Below, in pieces: positions 23,403 through 32,900 of a stretch of DNA of 33,939 bases. The stretch's first letter is position 1, and each line of letters starts with the position of its first letter. The DNA is from Eubacteriales bacterium. Lineage in GTDB: Bacteria > Bacillota > Clostridia > JAQUNY01. Location of the stretch: the NCBI GenBank assembly GCA_028717405.1, contig JAQUNY010000002.1:1-33939 (forward strand), in the 5' to 3' direction. The translations under genes and the position numbers were made by a program. The notes beneath the pieces are model-generated. The model did not search any database, had not been told where the DNA came from, and saw nothing but the letters and a program-made list of their open reading frames with translations.

Positions 23403-25829
23403 ATGGCAGAGATGTATCATTACACTGAAGAACCCCCCGCTAAATCAGGCGCCTCTATTATCATTGGCAGCTTTGCAGACATGGCTCATTCTTCTCTGAC
23501 AGCCTTTGCTCTTGCACTTATTGTCAATGCTGCCTTCTTACTTGATATTCACCCGGCCGCAGCCGCGTTATATTCCGTTTTCTTTACCCTGCTTGCATTT
23601 GTCTTCTTCGGCAGGGCACTGAAATATCGTATCTATATGGCGGTGGCAGCCTTTATACTCTACCCTTTATTCATTTTGTCGTATTCCGGCGGAAGCTTTG
23701 CGGAAGCCTGGGCAAAAACAGCCGTTTTTTTCAGATGGGCACGTGATTACATTTCAGGATATGAAAACTATCATTTACTGTTTGTTCCTGTTCTCTCAAT
23801 CATCCTTACCGCCTTCCTGTCATTCTTTGTATATTTTACGGTCGTCAGACTCCGCTCCTTCACAGCCGTGCTTGTTCTGTCATGCTTTGTGATCGGTATA
23901 CAATATATTTTTGAACTGCCTGAGGAATACGCCGGTTTTTTGATCCTGCTTGCTCTGTTGCTTATACAGTATATGAGGTCGGCAGGCGGAAGAATAAGGG
24001 ATGAACGTCCCGGCAAGTATGAGCCCGCAGGGCATTATGCTTTATGGATAATACCCTTGTGCCTGCTTGCGGTATTTGCAGCCGTGCGGCTGCCCGAGAG
24101 TTCCCGTCCGGTCCAGTGGCCATGGCTGGATTCAAAGCTTAACAGGCTTATGGGCATGCAGGGCGCAACATACATGTCCGAGTTTGACATAGCAGAGCTG
24201 ACTGCCGGCAGCAATGACGAAGTCTCCCTCGGAGGTGATCTTGAACTTAATGATAATGTTGTGCTGATAGTCAATTCACCCAGGTTCATGTACCTTAAAG
24301 CTGCTTCCAGAGATCATTACACAGGGCATTCCTGGCTGATGACAGATAAAAGCGTGCTTGCGGCAGATGATCCCGAAAACAGTGTATTAAAAGACACTCT
24401 CGTGATGCTGGAAGGCCTCAGGGAAAGCGGTGACGGGCTCGGTTCGGTTTCCGGCTTTTTCTTTACCGATAAGATAACCATACGCTTTGCAAATATCCAA
24501 ACCAAATCGATTTTTGCACCCGCAAAAATCAATAATATGAATTTCAGTGCAGCCTCCGAAAAAAGTATTTTTGTAAATACCAATGGCATACTGGTTTCAA
24601 AAAAGCTGAACAAAAAGCCTTTTACATATACTTTAAGCGTTTTTACCCCGAAATATTCAAATCCTGAGTTCAGAGACTTTTTGCGAAAAAGCGGGACATC
24701 TGCTTATGATGGCTTTGAAAGCAGATATATCGCTGATGATTATCTGAGCAAATACCTGCAGCTGCCGCAGACACTCCCTGTAAGAGTGAAAGAGATGGCG
24801 GCACGACTCACTGAAGCTGCTGAAAATGATTATGACAAGGCAAAAGCTATTGAATCATTTTTATCTTCTAATTATGCTTACACTCTGAAGCCCGGGTCCG
24901 TTCCGCCCGACAAGGATTTTGTAGACCATTTCCTGTTTGGCGAAAGAAAGGGTTATTGTACATATTTCGCCTCGGCAATGACCATTCTGGCCAGATGCTC
25001 AGGCCTTCCGGCAAGATATGTCGAAGGTTATATGCTGCCTCCTGTATCGGACACAGACAAGAATTATGTGGTAACCAACAAGCTGGCTCACGCCTGGGCG
25101 GAGATATACCTTGAAGGTTATGGCTGGCTGCCGTTTGAGCCGACTGCTGCATATAACAGCCTTTTCTATTCATCGCCTGCCGCATCCGAAAAAGATGGTT
25201 CCGGATATTCCCCCTCGACTCCCTATGATGAATTTTGGGAAGAACTGCTCGAGGAAGACGGTGATTTTGAGGTGCCGCTGCCTGATCGTTCAAGAATCTT
25301 AATATACATTTTGATCCCTGCCGGCGCCATACTCTTACTGGCACTTGCAGCCATGCTTTTCAACAACAGGAAAGACTCATTCAGAAAATGGAGCTTCAGC
25401 CGCATGAGCCCGGGCGCCGGTATCGCGGGTATGTATTCGCATATGGTCAAAAGGCTGGGTTTTATCGGGCATCCGATGCTGGGGCATGAAACGCCGGGCG
25501 AGTATCTCGCAAGGATAAGAGAAAACAAATTAAACACTGCCGCTTCCAGGCCAAAGCCAGGCTTATTTATAACCTGGCTGAACTCAGGGTTTGGCCGCGA
25601 CAAGGATGAAGGCTCAGATGACAATGTCGGTGAATATGCGCGGTTCATCTCCGGTTTTGCCAGAACTACCGAATTGTTTGAAAAGGCGCGGTACGGTAAC
25701 ACCGATATAGTCAGCGAGCACGACAAATACGAAGTGTTCAGGATCTATAACAATATGTCGTATTTTGAATCATATTATCTGGGCAGACTGCGATATTTTC
25801 TGCTGCATTACCTGGCCGGCGCCATATGA
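23403..25829 (+). CDS. Transglutaminase-domain membrane protein (TgpA/YebA-like) with a DUF4129-like C-terminus
   Basis: Several N-terminal TM helices. The transglutaminase core reads GERKGYCTYFASAMTILARCSGLPARYVEGY .. HAWAEIYLEGYGWLPFEPT (Cys-His-Asp/Glu). A late TM is followed by HETPGEYLARI. Confidence 0.85.
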   Translation: MAEMYHYTEEPPAKSGASIIIGSFADMAHSSLTAFALALIVNAAFLLDIHPAAAALYSVFFTLLAFVFFGRALKYRIYMAVAAFILYPLFILSYSGGSFAEAWAKTAVFFRWARDYISGYENYHLLFVPVLSIILTAFLSFFVYFTVVRLRSFTAVLVLSCFVIGIQYIFELPEEYAGFLILLALLLIQYMRSAGGRIRDERPGKYEPAGHYALWIIPLCLLAVFAAVRLPESSRPVQWPWLDSKLNRLMGMQGATYMSEFDIAELTAGSNDEVSLGGDLELNDNVVLIVNSPRFMYLKAASRDHYTGHSWLMTDKSVLAADDPENSVLKDTLVMLEGLRESGDGLGSVSGFFFTDKITIRFANIQTKSIFAPAKINNMNFSAASEKSIFVNTNGILVSKKLNKKPFTYTLSVFTPKYSNPEFRDFLRKSGTSAYDGFESRYIADDYLSKYLQLPQTLPVRVKEMAARLTEAAENDYDKAKAIESFLSSNYAYTLKPGSVPPDKDFVDHFLFGERKGYCTYFASAMTILARCSGLPARYVEGYMLPPVSDTDKNYVVTNKLAHAWAEIYLEGYGWLPFEPTAAYNSLFYSSPAASEKDGSGYSPSTPYDEFWEELLEEDGDFEVPLPDRSRILIYILIPAGAILLLALAAMLFNNRKDSFRKWSFSRMSPGAGIAGMYSHMVKRLGFIGHPMLGHETPGEYLARIRENKLNTAASRPKPGLFITWLNSGFGRDKDEGSDDNVGEYARFISGFARTTELFEKARYGNTDIVSEHDKYEVFRIYNNMSYFESYYLGRLRYFLLHYLAGAI

Positions 25830-25831
25830 GT

Positions 25832-28339
25832 CTAGCCGGAAATAAGCCTTTCAACAAGCTTGACTGCTTCGTAAGCGTCTTTTGCATACCCGTCAGCTCC
25901 GATTTCGCCGGCATATTTCTTGTCTACGGCAGCTCCCCCCACAATGACCCTGCATTTCGGCAGCCGCTCTCTGGCCATGGCGATAACAGTTTTCATCCCA
26001 GGCATTGTCGTAGTCATCAGGGCTGAAACCCCAATTATTTCCGCATTGTGCTGAGCCGCAGAACCGATGATTTTTTCAACGGGCACATCCTTTCCAAGAT
26101 CTATCACATTATGCCCGTAGTTTTTCAGCATCAGTGCCACAATATTTTTGCCTATGTCATGTATGTCCCCTTTTACTGCAGCAAGGACCACTGTTGCCTT
26201 ACCGGTACGATTATTATCCGTGTCCTTTTGATCCCCGCAGGCACGGCCGACTCCCTGCCGTCCCTTTTCCTCAGCTTCATTAAGGGTTTGTGCCGCAACC
26301 AGCGGTCCGAGATAGTCCATACCTGTCTTCATCACATCAGCGCTGCCTATCAGCTGGGGAAGGTAATATTTTTTACTTTCATAAAGCTCGCCTACCTTGT
26401 TGATTGCAGGTATCATAATATTGTCGATAATATCCCGGGGTTTTGCTCCGGCGGCCGAATATTCCTCAATGTAGTTTATGATATTTCTGGCATCTCCTTT
26501 TAGAACAGCATTATATATTTTTACGCCAGGATCTTTCTCATTGTCCACGGTTGCCCCGCTGACGCCCTCCCCGGCAAAATGCGAAATATATTCGGCGCTG
26601 TTCATGTCCGCCATTGTCAGCACATTACACGCGAGCCTCACATTCATGAATACCTCATTTGAAGGATTTGCAATAACCGTTGAAAGACCTGCCGCCGCGG
26701 CCATGGCGAAAAATGCAGAGTTGACCCAATGCCTTTCCGGGAGCCCGAATGAAACATTTGAAAGGCCTATAACAGTATGGCATCCATAAACAGCGGAGCA
26801 CCATCTGATGAGCTCAAGTGTTTGCATGGCAGCGTTCCGGTCCGATGAAACAGACATCATAAGACCGTCAGCCAGGATATCCTGCCTTGTATAGCCATAA
26901 GCCTGAGCCCTTTCAGCTATCTGTTTTATGAGGGCGGCGCGGCCTTCGGCATTTTCCGGAATGCCCCCGTCGCCAACCGGAAGGGCAATGATCATGGCTC
27001 CGTATTTTACGGCAACAGGCAGCATTTTTTCTATCCGGTCCTTTTCAAGTGAGATCGAGTTGACAAGTGCCCTTCCGGGATATACACGCAGTGCGGCTTC
27101 AAGTGCTTCCGGCGATGATGTGTCAAAGCAGAGCGGTATATGGACTGAATTGCTGAGATTGATTGCCAGATTTTTCATCATGCCGGCTTCGTCGATCCCA
27201 GGAACTCCCGCATTCACATCCAATATCGCTGCTCCTGCCTGTACCTGTTCAAATGCAAGTGCCTCGGCTTCATCGAACAATCCCTGCCTGAATTCCTCGC
27301 GGAGCTTCTTCTTGCCTGTCGGGTTTATTTTCTCGCCGATCACAGCCAGAGGATATCCCTTCCCAAGGAAAACCGTCTGTCTGACTGATGTGAGAGCACC
27401 GAATCCTTTTTTCAATGGCGGTGCGGCCGCCCTTAGTCTTTTCCCGGATATCTGTTTTCTGATTTCTTTAATATATTCAGGAGTGGTCCCGCAACATCCT
27501 CCCAGAAGATTCACTCCGGCTTTGGCAAAGCTTTCGGTATACTCGGCGAAGCTCTCCGGACCCATGTCGAAAACAGTTGCGCCGTCTTCCAGCTTGGGTA
27601 CTCCGGCGTTTGGCTTTGCATAAACCGGTACTCTGGCATAAGGTTTCATCTTTGACACAGCCTCAACCATTTTCTCCGGTCCGGTAGAGCAGTTGCACCC
27701 CACCGCGTCAGCCCCCATGCTCTGAAGCGTGATCAGCGCCGTAACAGGATCAGTGCCGGTCAGGGTACGGGCTTTTTCGTCAAAACTCATACTTACCAGG
27801 ACAGGAAGCGCACATGTTTCCTTCACAGCTATCAGCGCCGCCCTTGCCTCATTTATGTCTATCATGGTCTCGATGACAAACAGGTCAACTCCGCCCTCAA
27901 GCAGGCCTTCAGCCTGTTCTTTATATATATTGATGCACTCCTCAAAATCAAGCTCGCCGACAGGCTCAAGAAAATCGCCTGTGGGCGCTATGTCGCCTGC
28001 GACAAGGCAATTCCTGCCTTCTGCCGTTTTCTTTGATAAGCAGGCAAGCCTCCTGTTGATTTCTCTGACTTCCCCGCCTTTTCCAAAGCTTTCGAGTTTG
28101 ACCCTGTTTGCACCGAAAGTACAGGTGAAAATGATCTCTGCTCCTGCATCGATATATTCAGATTGAATAGCGGCAAGTATATGAGCATTTTCAAGCGCCC
28201 ACAGCTCAGGGCAAGCCCCATGGGGCATCCCTCTTCTCTGAAGCTCGGTCCCTGTGGCGCCGTCAAGGATCACTATCCTTCCATCAGACGCGCCTCCGGA
28301 ATTATGTTTTAAAAAATCACCAAGTTCTGTCCTGTTCAT
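25832..28339 (-). CDS. metH: Cobalamin-dependent methionine synthase core (Hcy S-methyltransferase + pterin-binding + B12 cap + B12-binding domains; no activation domain)
   Basis: 835 aa. The Hcy domain has Zn ligands (GCNCS .. GGCCGT). Pterin-binding TIM barrel is present. The B12 motif is GDIHDIGKNIVALMLKNYGHNVIDLG (DxHxxG). Confidence 0.9.
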   Translation of the reverse strand: MNRTELGDFLKHNSGGASDGRIVILDGATGTELQRRGMPHGACPELWALENAHILAAIQSEYIDAGAEIIFTCTFGANRVKLESFGKGGEVREINRRLACLSKKTAEGRNCLVAGDIAPTGDFLEPVGELDFEECINIYKEQAEGLLEGGVDLFVIETMIDINEARAALIAVKETCALPVLVSMSFDEKARTLTGTDPVTALITLQSMGADAVGCNCSTGPEKMVEAVSKMKPYARVPVYAKPNAGVPKLEDGATVFDMGPESFAEYTESFAKAGVNLLGGCCGTTPEYIKEIRKQISGKRLRAAAPPLKKGFGALTSVRQTVFLGKGYPLAVIGEKINPTGKKKLREEFRQGLFDEAEALAFEQVQAGAAILDVNAGVPGIDEAGMMKNLAINLSNSVHIPLCFDTSSPEALEAALRVYPGRALVNSISLEKDRIEKMLPVAVKYGAMIIALPVGDGGIPENAEGRAALIKQIAERAQAYGYTRQDILADGLMMSVSSDRNAAMQTLELIRWCSAVYGCHTVIGLSNVSFGLPERHWVNSAFFAMAAAAGLSTVIANPSNEVFMNVRLACNVLTMADMNSAEYISHFAGEGVSGATVDNEKDPGVKIYNAVLKGDARNIINYIEEYSAAGAKPRDIIDNIMIPAINKVGELYESKKYYLPQLIGSADVMKTGMDYLGPLVAAQTLNEAEEKGRQGVGRACGDQKDTDNNRTGKATVVLAAVKGDIHDIGKNIVALMLKNYGHNVIDLGKDVPVEKIIGSAAQHNAEIIGVSALMTTTMPGMKTVIAMARERLPKCRVIVGGAAVDKKYAGEIGADGYAKDAYEAVKLVERLISG

Positions 28340-28356
28340 TTATATGTCTATCCTCC

Positions 28357-29124
28357 CTATCTCGCTCTAAGGACTCCGGCTATGGCTGCAACTGATTTCT
28401 CCGGCTGCAGCATGTACATTTTGTTTATGCTGATCCCGATTTTTTCAAGATCAAGCAGTTCATATATGGTCTTCTGGTACGAAAGATCAAGGTCTCCGTA
28501 TCCCGGGCTATATCTTCGCCTTGTGAGTTTCTCTCCTTTAAGTGCAAGAACCCTGTTAAGCATGTCGGTGATCACATCAAGCGCGGCATCGGCTGTTTGC
28601 GATGCCACAGAGTCAAGGATCACAGCCTTTGCCTTATTTCCGTGCATTAATTCATTATTGATCAATTCAATTATTTCACTGCCTGCTGTAGCAGCCATAA
28701 ACAGGATCTCAGGGCAACCGCCAAGGAAATCGACAAGGTCTGCTGAGTATAACCGAATGCCATTTTCAAGTTCAAGTGATCCTTCTTCTGAGTGTTCTGC
28801 ATTGAATACCTGGCCTTTATGTGCTGTCTGTTCCTCATGCGTTGTCTGTTTTTTTTGTGTCACTTGTTCTGAATCTTCTGTAATTTCTCCTTTTAGTACC
28901 TTTATGTATCTGTAAGCCCCGGCAAGCCTGCATACTGCTTTGCCTGTGTTCAGGCATTCCTCCAGCAGCTCATTCTGCGCTGCATCCATCTCAGTCCTGC
29001 CGCTGCTGAAGCCAAGTCTGCTGAGGACTCTTGCCCTGTCAGGAGTGACCTCTATATTTTTCAGATACCTGGTCCTGTACGCCCCCTGTGGTGCGGCATA
29101 TACAGTCTTAATAGCTTTGTCCAT
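28357..29124 (-). CDS. Stand-alone methionine synthase activation (reactivation) domain-like protein
   Basis: 255 aa encoded immediately upstream of metH (17-nt gap). The C-terminal RRRYSPGYGDLDLSYQKTIYELLDLEKIGISINKMYMLQPEKSVAAIAGV fits the family as I recall it. It contains a Gln/Thr/His/Glu-rich insertion. Confidence 0.65.
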   Translation of the reverse strand: MDKAIKTVYAAPQGAYRTRYLKNIEVTPDRARVLSRLGFSSGRTEMDAAQNELLEECLNTGKAVCRLAGAYRYIKVLKGEITEDSEQVTQKKQTTHEEQTAHKGQVFNAEHSEEGSLELENGIRLYSADLVDFLGGCPEILFMAATAGSEIIELINNELMHGNKAKAVILDSVASQTADAALDVITDMLNRVLALKGEKLTRRRYSPGYGDLDLSYQKTIYELLDLEKIGISINKMYMLQPEKSVAAIAGVLRAR

Positions 29125-29180
29125 ACTTGACCCTTATCTTCGCCATCTTTCTGCTATTTAATACTTTTTCTTTTAATTAC

Positions 29181-29220
29181 TTCCTAATACGTTTATATAC
29201 TTCTTAATACATTTATTATG
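29181..29220 (-). repeat. Two 20-nt imperfect direct repeats in the metH-operon leader
   Basis: On the plus strand, ttcctaatacgtttatatac is followed by ttcttaatacatttattatg, identical at about 16 of 20 positions. A third ttaatac core lies at 29158-29164. Confidence 0.6.
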
Positions 29221-29239
29221 CTTCTATATTCTTTTATAT

Positions 29240-29268
29240 ATATTATATCCATACCAAATACAAGTCAA
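29240..29268 (-). promoter_or_regulatory. Candidate sigma-A promoter for the activation-domain/metH operon
   Basis: The minus strand reads TTGACT-N17-TAATAT within a very AT-rich 162-nt gap. Confidence 0.4.
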
Positions 29269-29286
29269 CAAAAATTTGTATCTTCT

Positions 29287-30435
29287 TTATTTTATCCTCC
29301 TGCGCTCCCAGCCAGGTTCAAAAAGCCTCAGACAATTCATCGGACCATATGGATGTTTTTGAGCGGCGCTTTCGTCCAGCTCGACCCCTGTGCCGGACGT
29401 CTCAGGCGCCTCAAGATAGCCTCCGGTAACTTTGGGGTACCCCCTGAGGACTTCCCTGGCCCAATCTGTCTGAAAATCATCAAAGCATTCCTGTATCATT
29501 ATGTTTGTCGCCGCCATTCCGACCTGTACTGAAGCTGCCGTAGTCATCGGGCTTTGTGCATTGTGCGGAGCCACCCACGCGTTATAGCTCCGGGCTACGG
29601 CGCAGGCATCCATAAGCCCGCTGATTCCTCCTATTCTCAGTACTTCCGGCTGAACAATATCCACCGAGCCTCCTGAAAGCAGCTGCCTCAGCTCTCTTGT
29701 CGATGCAAAGCGCTCGCCTGACGCAACCGGTACTCCAACCGCTCTGGCGACTTCATTTGTCAGACCCGTATCAAGTGAATATACGGGTGTTTCAAACCAC
29801 ATTGGCCTGTATTCCGCAAGAAGGTTCCCCAGTCTTATCGCAGTGCTCGCAGAAAACCTGTCATGAGCCTCTATCATTATATCGACATCTTCGCCTGCCG
29901 CCTTTCGTACTGCTGCCACTATTGAAAGAGACAATTTTTCCTCCGCTTTGTCCATATACATATATGCCGTTCCAAAAGGATCAAATTTCAGCGCGGTATA
30001 TCCCATCTCAACTACGCTTGCAGCTCTCTCGGCAAAGAATCCCGGATCCCTCGGTCCCTGATACCATCCGTTCGCATATGCTCTTATCTTCTTGCGGGTC
30101 TTGCCGCCAAGCATACGGTAAAGTGGCTGGCCGCAGGCTTTTGCAGTTATATCCCAGCATGCGATATCGATCCCGCTGATAAATGCAGTGAATACCGGAT
30201 CCTCCGCCAGGAAAAGTGCTTTTCTGATTTTATCTGTCAGAGCGTTTATGTCGCGCGGATCTTCTCCCAGTATCAGATGCCTCAGCTCGTCAGGGACCGC
30301 TTCCACCGCCTTCGCCCCGAGTCCTCTGGTACATTCGCCCAGACCGTCTATTCCTTCGTCTGTGTACAGCTTTACAAATACCCAGTTTTTCCATGGATTG
30401 CCCACTATAAACATTTTTAAATCGATGATTTTCAT
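29287..30435 (-). CDS. Enolase-superfamily sugar-acid dehydratase (DgoD/ManD-like; mandelate racemase/muconate lactonizing enzyme family)
   Basis: I trimmed this to the ATG at 30433-30435 (SD GGAG). MKIIDLKMFIVGNPWKNWVFVKLYTDEGIDGLGE .. ISGIDIACWDITAKACGQPLYRMLGG is collinear with E. coli DgoD as I recall it. Confidence 0.75.
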   Translation of the reverse strand: MKIIDLKMFIVGNPWKNWVFVKLYTDEGIDGLGECTRGLGAKAVEAVPDELRHLILGEDPRDINALTDKIRKALFLAEDPVFTAFISGIDIACWDITAKACGQPLYRMLGGKTRKKIRAYANGWYQGPRDPGFFAERAASVVEMGYTALKFDPFGTAYMYMDKAEEKLSLSIVAAVRKAAGEDVDIMIEAHDRFSASTAIRLGNLLAEYRPMWFETPVYSLDTGLTNEVARAVGVPVASGERFASTRELRQLLSGGSVDIVQPEVLRIGGISGLMDACAVARSYNAWVAPHNAQSPMTTAASVQVGMAATNIMIQECFDDFQTDWAREVLRGYPKVTGGYLEAPETSGTGVELDESAAQKHPYGPMNCLRLFEPGWERRRIK

Positions 30436-30463
30436 TTTCTTTTGCTCCTCTCTCTGTTCTGCA

Positions 30464-31369
30464 TCAATTTGATTTTCTGCTATTCCTGTATCCCCGGGGA
30501 GACACCCCTGTTTCTCTGCTGAATACACGGCTGAAATATAGAGGATCCTCATACCCTGTGCTGCCCGCAACTTCTGCGATACTCATGCCTGTATTGACAA
30601 GAAGATGCCTTGCTTTTTCCATCCTGATCCTTTTTATATAGTCTTTTGGTGTTACTCCCATTACGTCGCGGAACTTATGCATAAATCTGAACAGACTGAG
30701 GTTTGCCACATCTGCGTAGTATTTCAGAGGCAGATTTTCACAATATTTTTCATTCATACTGTCCAGAGCTTTTTTCAGCGACATATCAGGCATTATCCTG
30801 CTGTTTGTCCCCGCATAATCTGCACGGCGTCCCATAAGTGCCATTAACCCCAGCAGGAGGGCAGCGCTCCTGTTTTCATAAAAAGACTCTTTGACCTGCA
30901 TCTCAAATATGATTTCTTTAAATATGCCTGTAAAGGCGTCGTCGATACCTGTAAAGTAGACTGCCGGGTAAGTGTTGTCTGAAGCCGGTATACCGCTTGT
31001 GTTCAAATAGCCGCGCGCAGAATGTCCTGTAAAGTGAGCCCAGTATGTTTCAGTATTTTCAGATGCATAATAATCGTAAATCTGCGGCTGACCCGGGGCG
31101 AAAACAACCACGCTTCCTTTATTTGCCTCAATGATATTTGCCGGGTCGTATGATGCCGGGAAATGTCCCTTCCCCCCCGCAATATAAATAATGTTGTAAT
31201 CTGCCCGTCCCTTTTTTCTTCTGATATGCATGTCCTGAGTGATAAATTTTTCATAGCCGCAGCTGTTGACGATTATCGGTGCAGAAAGGTCCTCTGTATC
31301 GGATGACATCATGACAGAAGGATCCTCAGTATCGGATGATCTGATTTTATTCCAACGCATGGCTATCAA
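30464..31369 (-). CDS. AraC family transcriptional regulator (cupin-type sensor plus HTH)
   Basis: The C-terminal AraC HTH reads LSLFRFMHKFRDVMGVTPKDYIKRIRMEKARHLLVNTGMSIAEVAGSTGYEDPLYFSRVFSRETGVSPRGYR. The start is TTG at 31369, or ATG at 31360. Confidence 0.85.
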   Translation of the reverse strand: MIAMRWNKIRSSDTEDPSVMMSSDTEDLSAPIIVNSCGYEKFITQDMHIRRKKGRADYNIIYIAGGKGHFPASYDPANIIEANKGSVVVFAPGQPQIYDYYASENTETYWAHFTGHSARGYLNTSGIPASDNTYPAVYFTGIDDAFTGIFKEIIFEMQVKESFYENRSAALLLGLMALMGRRADYAGTNSRIMPDMSLKKALDSMNEKYCENLPLKYYADVANLSLFRFMHKFRDVMGVTPKDYIKRIRMEKARHLLVNTGMSIAEVAGSTGYEDPLYFSRVFSRETGVSPRGYRNSRKSN

Positions 31370-31594
31370 GTTAATGATCCTGGCCGCCTCCTCCCTTTTG
31401 CATGACTAAAAAAGGTATATATTTCAGCTTTTATTTTAACATGAATAGCATCATAATCCATGTTTTTGGCAATATTTCATCTGTCTTTGCCGGCGCTGAT
31501 AAAGTATCATTTTTTTCATCAAAGGTTGAAAAGCGGGAAAGCTTGTGATATTTTTCAGTTATACGATAGCTTTCAGGTAAACGAAAGGCTGCAA

Positions 31595-32848
31595 ATGAGC
31601 AAAAGAATAAAGACGGGCATGATCGGCTTGGGAGGCCGCGGGATAAGCCTTCTGAATCTGCTTCTGGACATGCCGGGCGATGTGGAGATATCAGCTGTTT
31701 GCGATATCCTGCCTGACAGGCTCACAACAGGTCTGGATTTATGCAGAAAAAAGGGCAGCGCAGATACAGTGGCCTGTTCAGACACAAATGATCTCTTATC
31801 AAGAAGTGATGTTGACGCGGTGATAATTGCAACCTCCTGGAACAGCCACCTCAGTATTGCCGCAGCAGCAATGGAAAATGGAAAATATGCGGCTTTTGAA
31901 GTCGGTCCTGCACAAAGCGAAGCCGAATGCAACAATCTCGTCAGTGTTTACAATCGTACCGGCATACCCTGCATGATGCTTGAAAACTGCTGTTACGGCA
32001 GAGTCGAAATGACACTGCTCAATATGATCAAAAAAGGTGTTTTTGGCGAAATAGTCCACTGCCGTGGAGGATATGAACACGATTTAAGGGCTCTTGCCGA
32101 GAAAACCAGCCCGGAAAGCCATAAGGAAAGATCAGTCCACTACATGAAACGCAACTGTGACCTTTATCCTACTCACGGGCTCGGTCCCGTCATGAAATAT
32201 CTGGGGATAAACAGGGGAAACAGGATGCTTACACTTGTATCAATGTCGTCTAAATCAAGAGGCATGCAGGACTACCTTAAGAACAAATATGGCAAGGATT
32301 CGCCGGAAGCCCTGATAGATTTCACACAGGGCGACATCGTAACGACCATGATAAAATGTGCCGGCGGCGAGACCATAATGCTTACCCACGATACTTCGCT
32401 CCCAAGGCCTTATTCCAGAGGCAGCCGCCTGCAGGGCACCCGTGGGCTCTGGCTTGAAAGCAGTGCCTCTATATATATTGAAGGGAGATCTGCCGCTCAT
32501 AAATGGGAACCCTTTGATGCCTGTTATGACGAATACGAGCATCCTTTGTGGAAGGAGTACCGCGCCCAGTCTGTAAGGGCCGGACATGGCGGAATGGATT
32601 ACCTTGTCCTGAGGGCATTCCTTGAAAGCGTCCGGAATGGTACTGAACCGCCTTTTGATATCTATGATTCACTGTCGGCAATGTCGGTATCTTATCTTTC
32701 CGAACAGTCAATAGCAATGGGATCCATGCCGGTGCCCATACCGGATTTCACAGCCGGTAAGTGGATCAGGCGCAAAGATACGACCCCCTCCATATTTTCT
32801 CTGAATAAAGTCTGTGACGAACTTTTCATGGGAGATGCTACATTTTAA
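31595..32848 (+). CDS. Gfo/Idh/MocA family NAD-dependent oxidoreductase, possibly a GH109-like NAD-dependent glycosidase
   Basis: I trimmed this to the ATG at 31595. The Rossmann N-terminus is IKTGMIGLGGRGISLL. The long C-terminal domain ending GHGGMDYLVLRAFLESVRNGTEPPFDIYDS recalls GH109-type enzymes; this is from memory. Confidence 0.7.
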   Translation: MSKRIKTGMIGLGGRGISLLNLLLDMPGDVEISAVCDILPDRLTTGLDLCRKKGSADTVACSDTNDLLSRSDVDAVIIATSWNSHLSIAAAAMENGKYAAFEVGPAQSEAECNNLVSVYNRTGIPCMMLENCCYGRVEMTLLNMIKKGVFGEIVHCRGGYEHDLRALAEKTSPESHKERSVHYMKRNCDLYPTHGLGPVMKYLGINRGNRMLTLVSMSSKSRGMQDYLKNKYGKDSPEALIDFTQGDIVTTMIKCAGGETIMLTHDTSLPRPYSRGSRLQGTRGLWLESSASIYIEGRSAAHKWEPFDACYDEYEHPLWKEYRAQSVRAGHGGMDYLVLRAFLESVRNGTEPPFDIYDSLSAMSVSYLSEQSIAMGSMPVPIPDFTAGKWIRRKDTTPSIFSLNKVCDELFMGDATF

Positions 32849-32900
32849 CAGGTTAAAATGTTACAAGTTGAAATATAAATATATCTGGAGGAATAAAAAT

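Noticed and set aside
29125-29286. Expected a SAM (S-box) riboswitch or T-box upstream of the methionine synthase operon.
   Set aside because: The region is almost entirely A/T and has none of the GC helices or conserved boxes of these elements.
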